Assembly (NCBI GenBank): GCA_902384455.1
Contig: CABMCB010000083.1
Span: 1 to 17,106 of the forward strand
DNA length: 17,106 nucleotides
Reading direction: 5' to 3'
DNA from: an uncultured archaeon
GTDB taxonomy: Archaea > Altiarchaeota > Altiarchaeia > IMC4 > SCGC-AAA252-I15
Shown: positions 8,932-14,679 of the stretch, one piece after another
Numbering within the stretch: position 1 is the first letter of the stretch
Layout of the letters: the number at the start of each line of letters is the position of its first letter
The notes under the pieces: model-generated
The model's input: only the letters and a program-made list of their open reading frames with translations
Told to the model about the DNA's origin: nothing
Database searches by the model: none
Position numbers and translations under genes: made by a program

Positions 8932-9204
8932 TTAGGGTTTAACTGGCGCTACTTTTCTGACGCCCCAATTAGAGATTTCCGAGTGCTTTGCCGCGAAGCT
9001 TAACTGGATGTGGCTTTCACAAAACTTTGGTAGCTTTTTCGATTCAATGTCAATGCTGGGGTCTTCTCGCAGGTCATCTAAATCGCTTTCAATCATGGTT
9101 TCGGCGTCGTAAGTGTCGAAATCCGCATCATTGCTGTCGACAATGTCATGTCCTTGTTTCTGCCTGCCGTCCGCTCGAATCCACCAATAAACTGTAAATT
9201 TCAA
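8932..9204 (-). CDS. Acidic hypothetical protein (90 aa; MKFTVYWW...)
   Basis: Start moved to TTG 9204, 6 nt after GGGTG (9211-9215), which removes the overlap with the upstream gene. Confidence 0.7.
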   Translation of the reverse strand: MKFTVYWWIRADGRQKQGHDIVDSNDADFDTYDAETMIESDLDDLREDPSIDIESKKLPKFCESHIQLSFAAKHSEISNWGVRKVAPVKP

Positions 9205-9227
9205 TGTTAGCACCCAAAAAAGAGGGG

Positions 9228-9545
9228 TTAGGCTCTCTCGATGATTGCCCAAGCGGTCATGCGTTGCATTTTTCTGAATCCTTCTTTTAGTCCGATACAG
9301 CCCATGTCTTTGTATTCCCAGATGTCGCTCTGGATTACTTCACCTTTAACGTCATAGAGGGTAACTTTGAGCTTTAGTTTGTTTGTTATGCCTCGATAGT
9401 TGTTGATTCCGACACGATACTGGACTGCGAGCATTGGGACCTGCTCTGTTTTGTCGCCGATTTTCAGCGGCTGGGTTACTGCAATGTGACCGTCCAGCGT
9501 TTTTTCGTCGCCAACACAAGTTCTGAAATGTAGCCTAAAATCCAA
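9228..9545 (-). CDS. Hypothetical protein (105 aa)
   Basis: TTG 6 nt after GGGTG (9552-9556); alternative GTG at 9554. Confidence 0.7.
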   Translation of the reverse strand: MDFRLHFRTCVGDEKTLDGHIAVTQPLKIGDKTEQVPMLAVQYRVGINNYRGITNKLKLKVTLYDVKGEVIQSDIWEYKDMGCIGLKEGFRKMQRMTAWAIIERA

Positions 9546-9624
9546 GATTTTCACCCATTTCCGGCTCTAGCACTTTTTAGTCATTTAGGGTGGGTTTTTT
9601 GTGCTAAAAAGCCTCAAGACAAAA

Positions 9625-9644
9625 AAAGTAGCAGTTGCTACTTT
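9625..9644. repeat. Inverted repeat AAAGTAGCA-GT-TGCTACTTT
   Basis: 9-bp perfect arms overlapping the stop of 9638..9883. Confidence 0.75.
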
Positions 9645-9883
9645 ATGAAGACTATTATGTTTCTCTTTTGCAGACGCTTCAGCGCGTCTTTGACCTCGTC
9701 GCTTTTTTGGAATTCTTTGTTGATTTCATCGACAGTGACATCGTGGAACATGCAGTGTTTCTTGACGAATGTGATGATGTCTCGCTGAAGCTTTCCGCAT
9801 CGCCAAGTTGTGTTCGCTTTTAGGCGAACTATGGTTTTGTCGCTCTTCAGGTGTCTTACCTCTGTCTTAACGAATAATTCCAT
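9638..9883 (-). CDS. Small basic hypothetical protein (81 aa), possibly winged-helix-like C-terminus
   Basis: ATG 5 nt after GGGTG (9889-9893). The EVKDALKRLQKRNII helix suggests wHTH only weakly. Confidence 0.7.
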   Translation of the reverse strand: MELFVKTEVRHLKSDKTIVRLKANTTWRCGKLQRDIITFVKKHCMFHDVTVDEINKEFQKSDEVKDALKRLQKRNIIVFIK

Positions 9884-9917
9884 CTAATCACCCATATGTA
9901 CTTTTTAGACGTTTTGC

Positions 9918-11099
9918 TTACAAAGAAAAGGGGGGAAGCGTAAGCTTCGGTAGTAGCTCAGGGTGGACCCAAACGATTTGTGGTGGGTTCCAGTTGATTT
10001 TGGTGTAGCGCTCTTTGCAGGTTTCTTTAAGCCATGCTTCGGTTTTGGTTAGGTTTTCTTCCCAATTCTCTTTATTGAATAGCCGTTTTTCTGCGAGACT
10101 GCCGTGTAGTCCTGTTTCTTCAATGCTTGTACTCCACCAATCGCCAAACATTGTGTTGCCAGTTTCAGTGATGACCATAAGCTCAACTCTGCATAAGCGG
10201 TTGTAGATGACTCCGTCGACTTTGATTTTTTCCCATGCTGGACGGTTGTCTGGCGCTTTGAAGTCAGTGGCTAAGACGTTCTTTTCAACGTCTGAAGAGT
10301 AGTAGTATTTGTTGTAGATTCGCACTGTGGCGTCGCTCTTGTAGGATTTGATTGTGAAGACTATGGGTGCTTCTTTGTCTGCGACTTCTCGGATTGTTGA
10401 GATTGCTTCGAAGTCTGTGAGCTTGTATTTGCTGATTGTCTCTTCGTACTCTTCTTTGGTTGCCCGGTATTGCTGTAGAAAGCCTGAGTAAATGTGTGCT
10501 CGGTGTTTCTCTGCGTACCGCTTTAGCTCTTCAATTGTTGGTGCGTCCAAGATTTTCTGCTCAACGTTGGGGTTAACTCCGCCAGTGTTGACGTTTACGC
10601 CGCTATAGTATGTCTGTAGGTCCATAAGTGGTGTGAAGGCACAGCGCCCGTAGACCATAAGTGAGTACTTGTTTTTGGGTTTGTCATTTTCTGCGATGCA
10701 AAGGACTAAGTGCAGGTATTTGTCCCTGAAAAGGTCGGGTAGCCAGATGATTTGATGGTTGTTGTAGCCTGAGAACTTGGTTGTATCGACATTGATTGTG
10801 GCTGTTTTCTCTTCGATTTCCTTCTGGGCGTTAAGGATTTTTAGCTTGAAATCAACATCTTTGAAGGTTGCGCCGATGCTATCGATTTCAGCGTCCAGCT
10901 TGCTTTTTTCTTGTTCTGCCTCATCGTGGATGACTTTGATTCTTGCATCTTTTTCCTTCTTTAAATTGGCAATTATCTCGTCGTAGCCGTCAGTGATTTT
11001 CTGTTCTTTTGCACTGGCAATAGCCGCTTTTACCGATTTCTCGCCGGTTACCTCCAAAAGTTTGTCCCTGTTAGCTAAGTATTCTTCGACTTCTTTCAA
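9918..11099 (-). CDS. Hypothetical protein (393 aa) with an N-terminal coiled coil
   Basis: Long ORF; TTG 8 nt after GGGTG (11108-11112). Alternative ATG at 11114 overlaps the motif. Confidence 0.85.
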   Translation of the reverse strand: MKEVEEYLANRDKLLEVTGEKSVKAAIASAKEQKITDGYDEIIANLKKEKDARIKVIHDEAEQEKSKLDAEIDSIGATFKDVDFKLKILNAQKEIEEKTATINVDTTKFSGYNNHQIIWLPDLFRDKYLHLVLCIAENDKPKNKYSLMVYGRCAFTPLMDLQTYYSGVNVNTGGVNPNVEQKILDAPTIEELKRYAEKHRAHIYSGFLQQYRATKEEYEETISKYKLTDFEAISTIREVADKEAPIVFTIKSYKSDATVRIYNKYYYSSDVEKNVLATDFKAPDNRPAWEKIKVDGVIYNRLCRVELMVITETGNTMFGDWWSTSIEETGLHGSLAEKRLFNKENWEENLTKTEAWLKETCKERYTKINWNPPQIVWVHPELLPKLTLPPFSL

Positions 11100-11154
11100 A
11101 CTATTTTCACCCATACCGCAACGCTTTAATTTTCAGCGCTCGCAATAACATGAC

Positions 11155-11613
11155 ATGCAACTCCCACGCTACCATCCAATCGTTCCCTTTGTTCTCTTCG
11201 GCGGCATTGTTCTGCTATTCACAAGCCTTGATTTCCTAGTTAACAGCACGCTTTACCACTTTGGCTTAGTCTTCGACAATGCGTGGTTCGGACCCTACTC
11301 GTGGATTTACTTGTTCATGTATCAGTTTGCTATACTTCTGCTTTGGCTACCCAACCGGGATATGCGCTTCATGATTTTTGGTCAAGCGTTCTTTTGGAGC
11401 GCCACCCAAGACCTCGTCTACTTCATGCTCTGGCAAGGTTACATGCCAGCCGCTAATCAAGATTGGTGGTGGTCAAACTACCGTTTGGTTTTCGGCTCTT
11501 GGACAACACCCTTGCAAATAACAATTTCGACCATTGGGTGCACACTAGCCGTTACTGCCATACTTCTCATGACTGTGCGGGGCTATCGTCCACCAAAATG
11601 CGCTTGCGGATAA
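11155..11613 (+). CDS. Integral membrane protein (152 aa, about 4 TM segments)
   Basis: Several hydrophobic, aromatic-rich segments; TTTAATTT at 11125-11132. Confidence 0.8.
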   Translation: MQLPRYHPIVPFVLFGGIVLLFTSLDFLVNSTLYHFGLVFDNAWFGPYSWIYLFMYQFAILLLWLPNRDMRFMIFGQAFFWSATQDLVYFMLWQGYMPAANQDWWWSNYRLVFGSWTTPLQITISTIGCTLAVTAILLMTVRGYRPPKCACG

Positions 11614-11646
11614 AAGTAGCGTTTGCTACACCCATGAAAAAAGGGG

Positions 11647-11871
11647 TTACATTTCGTCTAACCCGTTTGAGCACTCGGAGCAAATGCTTGGGTTAAACGA
11701 CGTGATTTTGTAGCGTTTTCTGCATATGGTACAGATGCCTTGGCATACGCCTTTATGCTTGCATGTTTCGCAGTTATCAAAATTGTTTTTTCTTTTATGT
11801 TCATCAAAACAATTGCTGATTTGCGCGGGCGTTTTGCCATGGCGTGGTCCTATATAATGGTCAATTGTCAT
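11647..11871 (-). CDS. Small multi-Cys (Zn-binding-like) protein (74 aa)
   Basis: ATG 8 nt after GGGTG (11880-11884); CETC, CQGIC, CTIC and CSEC motifs. Confidence 0.7.
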   Translation of the reverse strand: MTIDHYIGPRHGKTPAQISNCFDEHKRKNNFDNCETCKHKGVCQGICTICRKRYKITSFNPSICSECSNGLDEM

Positions 11872-11904
11872 AAAGTGGGCACCCAATAAAAAAAGAAGAG
11901 AAGA

Positions 11905-12633
11905 TTAAACGGTAACAAACTCAAACTTTTTATCTTCCTTTTTAACGAGCAAAGACATTTTCGACAACGGTTCCTCTTGGTATTTCTCGATGCTGACCAT
12001 GAAACGATGCGTTATTGGAGGGTCTAAGACAAGCTCTAAACGGTACAGGTCTGGACCCCGCGTTGACTTTTCGACCGCGAATACGCCGGTTACTTTTGTG
12101 TTGACTTCGCCAACTACTGGATACGGCTCGGAAGTGGTAACTCCTTGTACGTCTTGCATGACTGCGTAAATGAGTGGTGGCAGGTTTAGCTCTTTGAGCT
12201 TTTTTATGGTCTCGGGTAAGGTTAATCCTTTCCATTCTGCCTCAAGTTGTCGTCGGTATTCGATTGTGACTTCATGTCTGATTTCTTCTATGATGTCGCA
12301 GATTCTGCGTTCGCCGATGAGGTAGTCTTTTGCGTTTTGGGACGCTTCAAGTACCGCTTTCTTTTCGTCCCAGAGTCCGTCGTAGTCTGACTTAAGCTCT
12401 TTTGAGAGCCGTTTCCAGACTGCATCAATTTTTATCATGTCTTCCACGGGTTGGTCAAAGAACTCTTGAAGTTTGTCGCTTTTGTACTCCATCAATCGCT
12501 GGCAGTAGTTTCTCTCTTTGAGGCTGTCTTTTAGCTCAGCGTCAGCGTTCCATTCGGTTTTTTCTTCTTTCATCCAATCGGACGTCAGAATTGCCGAAAG
12601 TATGTCTTTATCGCTTGGTTGCATTGAATGCAT
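11905..12633 (-). CDS. Hypothetical protein (242 aa)
   Basis: ATG 5 nt after GGGTG (12639-12643). Confidence 0.8.
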   Translation of the reverse strand: MHSMQPSDKDILSAILTSDWMKEEKTEWNADAELKDSLKERNYCQRLMEYKSDKLQEFFDQPVEDMIKIDAVWKRLSKELKSDYDGLWDEKKAVLEASQNAKDYLIGERRICDIIEEIRHEVTIEYRRQLEAEWKGLTLPETIKKLKELNLPPLIYAVMQDVQGVTTSEPYPVVGEVNTKVTGVFAVEKSTRGPDLYRLELVLDPPITHRFMVSIEKYQEEPLSKMSLLVKKEDKKFEFVTV

Positions 12634-12691
12634 TGATTCACCCATCACAAGTTTTAAATCTACAGAGCGGTCACAAGCTTATTGACCACAT

Positions 12692-12898
12692 ATGGCTGAA
12701 GTAATAACTGCATCAACTGCTCAAATCGTTGTCGGCACTACTATCGCCGTCACAAGTGCTTTGGTTCTTGAAGAGATACGCGAACAAAGAAAAAATGGGC
12801 GAAGCCCACTCAAGCTTGCCGGTTCTCTTCTATGGCGAGGTATCTGTGCGCTGGGTAGAGGATTCGCCGCTTTAATCCGCTATTGTCTTAAGCGGTAG
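12692..12898 (+). CDS. Small membrane-associated protein (68 aa)
   Basis: Hydrophobic N-terminus and amphipathic C-terminus; TTTTAAAT at 12652-12659. 3' end overlaps the convergent gene by 11 nt. Confidence 0.6.
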   Translation: MAEVITASTAQIVVGTTIAVTSALVLEEIREQRKNGRSPLKLAGSLLWRGICALGRGFAALIRYCLKR

Positions 12899-13253
12899 CT
12901 GAGAGTCCCTTTTTGCTCATAAATTCTGCATGGGCTTCATTTCCTTTCTTAAAAATCTCGTTCGGCTCTTTTTCTGCACATGAAGCACACATTGGTTTTA
13001 GAAGGTACTTATCGATTAATGCTTTCATCCATGGGCGAAAATAGATTGTAAGCCCACATTTTTGGCATTCCATTTTAACGCTGTCTCCGTAGTAGTCGAT
13101 AAGTGGTCCAGCGGCAACGCTGTTAACTGCGGCTTTGGCGCCATATTTTGCCACAACTTCTGAAAGCCGTTGCTCTGTCAGCGTTTTATTGTAGATGTCC
13201 CGCAGATTGCCAAGTGCTTGGCGGATATTCAGCTTCGGATTAAGAGTTGTCAT
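12888..13253 (-). CDS. Zn-ribbon-containing hypothetical protein (121 aa)
   Basis: CQKC...CASC; ATG 5 nt after GGGTG (13259-13263). Confidence 0.75.
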   Translation of the reverse strand: MTTLNPKLNIRQALGNLRDIYNKTLTEQRLSEVVAKYGAKAAVNSVAAGPLIDYYGDSVKMECQKCGLTIYFRPWMKALIDKYLLKPMCASCAEKEPNEIFKKGNEAHAEFMSKKGLSATA

Positions 13254-13274
13254 GCTGTCACCCAAAAAAAGAGG

Positions 13275-13670
13275 TTAGGAGTGTTTTCGGTTTTCGTCTC
13301 CTATGGCTGTGATGAATTTCGGGACTTGATTCATTGACCGTAACAATTCTTCGCTTATCTGGGCTTGAGGGTATCGCGGCTTGATTACTTTGAGGTATGT
13401 CTGCTCTATGCTCAGCTTGCCGTCGCCATCGTACCAGAACAATAATGTAGCAATTGCTACACTGCGAGATACGCCTGCTTGGCATTGGAGAATTACTCGC
13501 TCGGTCGAAAGTAGATTGTCGACACCTATCGTTTTCGCAAGGAGTTTTCCCGGGTGATTCTTCCCGTCAACAAGCTCCCGGCAGTCAACAATGATTGAGC
13601 CGTACTCTTCTGGTTTCAATTCATCGCTCGGTGTTTTAATCCCTATTTTGCTCGTTAACCAAATTACCAT
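13275..13670 (-). CDS. Dual-specificity/protein-tyrosine phosphatase family protein (131 aa)
   Basis: P-loop VILQCQAGVSRS (CX5R), upstream acid loop LVDG, downstream helix ending in RYP; ATG 7 nt after GGGTG. Confidence 0.85.
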   Translation of the reverse strand: MVIWLTSKIGIKTPSDELKPEEYGSIIVDCRELVDGKNHPGKLLAKTIGVDNLLSTERVILQCQAGVSRSVAIATLLFWYDGDGKLSIEQTYLKVIKPRYPQAQISEELLRSMNQVPKFITAIGDENRKHS

Positions 13671-13684
13671 TCGGTAGCACCCAT

Positions 13685-13712
13685 ACAAAATCTTTGAATA
13701 AGCCTTAAATTG
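13685..13712 (+). promoter_or_regulatory. Conserved promoter, copy 3
   Basis: ACAAAATCTTTGAATAAGCCTTAAATTG upstream of 13745. Confidence 0.6.
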
Positions 13713-13744
13713 ATTGCCCCTCGCCTAAAGAATTAGGCGAAAAA

Positions 13745-13948
13745 ATGGGAAGCCATGACGAAAACGCAAAAGCATTAAGAGCAATAGGGTCCAAAGTCTT
13801 CAAAGCGGCTAACGTCAAGGACTGCAAATCTCAAGGCTCAACCGTCATATGCGACGTTGACTTCAAAGTCCCTGATTCTGACGTTACAAAGCACACTGTT
13901 TGTACGTTGCCTGACGACACATTCCGCTTTGACTGCAAAGAAAAGTAA
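13745..13948 (+). CDS. Small hypothetical protein (67 aa, 4 Cys)
   Basis: Conserved promoter at 13685-13712; AGGCGA SD; T-tract after the stop. Confidence 0.7.
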   Translation: MGSHDENAKALRAIGSKVFKAANVKDCKSQGSTVICDVDFKVPDSDVTKHTVCTLPDDTFRFDCKEK

Positions 13949-13958
13949 GGACCTCTAC

Positions 13959-13969
13959 TTTTCTTTTTT
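13959..13969 (+). terminator. Oligo-T archaeal-type terminator after 13745..13948
   Basis: TTTTCTTTTTT directly before AGGG-CACCCA. A similar TCTTTTTT at 3221-3228 follows 2517..3206. Confidence 0.5.
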
Positions 13970-13991
13970 AGGGCACCCAAAAGAGAAAAAA

Positions 13992-14180
13992 TTAGGGAAG
14001 AGCAAGCCACTGCCTCACTTCGCCTTTTACTCTTAGCTCTTCGATAGCCGCTTGGAACGTCGCTTTCTCTTCAGGCATAACACTGAAGTCCCGTAGCATT
14101 TCCTCAACTTCAACAATATCGGGGCTTTCTTCGTCAAGCTTGTCTCGAATTAGTTTTTTAAAATCTTCTTTACTTCGCAT
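13992..14180 (-). CDS. Small hypothetical protein (62 aa; MRSKEDFKK...)
   Basis: Start moved to ATG 14180, 5 nt after GGGTG (14186-14190). Confidence 0.7.
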   Translation of the reverse strand: MRSKEDFKKLIRDKLDEESPDIVEVEEMLRDFSVMPEEKATFQAAIEELRVKGEVRQWLALP

Positions 14181-14233
14181 AAATGCACCCAAAAGGTGGT
14201 GGGACGTGCCAGCCGATGACTCCGCCAGATAGC

Positions 14234-14317
14234 TTATTTCTGACGGTGGTGCTTTAATGTCATCGGCGCGAAACGTTCCCTTTTCGCTAGGGCTTTGGCA
14301 CGTTGCAGTCTTTGCAT
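14234..14317 (-). CDS. Possible 27-aa basic peptide MQRLQRAKALAKRERFAPMTLKHHRQK
   Basis: Translated by hand; ATG 9 nt after GGGTG (14327-14331). The unit could instead be non-coding. Confidence 0.35.
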   Translation of the reverse strand: MQRLQRAKALAKRERFAPMTLKHHRQK

Positions 14318-14346
14318 TTCGGTGTACACCCATATAAAGCATCGCT

Positions 14347-14375
14347 TAAAAATTTTTTTGATAAGCTTTAAAATG
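14347..14375 (+). promoter_or_regulatory. Conserved promoter, copy 4
   Basis: TAAAAATTTTTTTGATAAGCTTTAAAATG upstream of 14410. Confidence 0.65.
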
Positions 14376-14409
14376 CTAAAGCACTCTACTTTGCAGTAGG
14401 TTGCCTCAA

Positions 14410-14679
14410 ATGAACAAAATCATGAAAGACCCAGCGATTCTATTACTTATCGCCGTTTGCATAAGTGCTCTGCTTGTCTTCGTTCTTCCTCTATACGTTC
14501 ACACCTATCAGCCCGGTTACGTCGACAGTGGTTACCCGCTTCCATGGCAACGAGTCTATGGTGGCGTAACACAACAAATCAATTGGGCATTTGCCCTGAT
14601 GGATTTCATACTGTGGATGTTTGCGGCTTTCGCCGTTCTAATCGCCATTTTCTTGGGGTACTACGGAGACAAAAAGTAA
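14410..14679 (+). CDS. Small two-TM membrane protein (89 aa) with a GYPLPW loop
   Basis: Two hydrophobic segments; conserved promoter at 14347-14375; stop abuts the next ATG. Confidence 0.75.
   Translation: MNKIMKDPAILLLIAVCISALLVFVLPLYVHTYQPGYVDSGYPLPWQRVYGGVTQQINWAFALMDFILWMFAAFAVLIAIFLGYYGDKK

Larger units (their letters stand above)
138..14332 (-). repeat. Dispersed, co-oriented junction hexamer CACCCA (TGGGTG on minus strand), 25 copies at gene boundaries
   Basis: Starts on + strand: 138, 416, 2063, 2447 (CACCCT), 3229, 5369, 6038, 6185, 6857, 7879, 8165, 8711, 8914, 9211, 9552, 9889, 11108, 11629, 11880, 12639, 13259, 13678, 13974, 14186, 14327. Twenty lie 5-9 nt upstream of a minus-strand start; five lie at convergent junctions. 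Confidence 0.9.

Noticed and set aside
5386-13997. TTAGGG hexamers resembling telomere repeats
   Set aside because: Single dispersed copies that mostly correspond to CCC-TAA gene ends, never tandem; treated as part of the junction pattern.
14234-14317. Resemblance of the basic 27-mer to ribosomal protein eL41
   Set aside because: Only composition and length are similar; the W-(R/K)-K-K-R pattern is absent.
138-14332. CRISPR array or classical integron attC sites
   Set aside because: The conserved part is only 6 nt and the spacing is gene-sized and irregular. I see no RYYYAAC...GTTRRRY attC boxes, and no cas or intI gene in the window.
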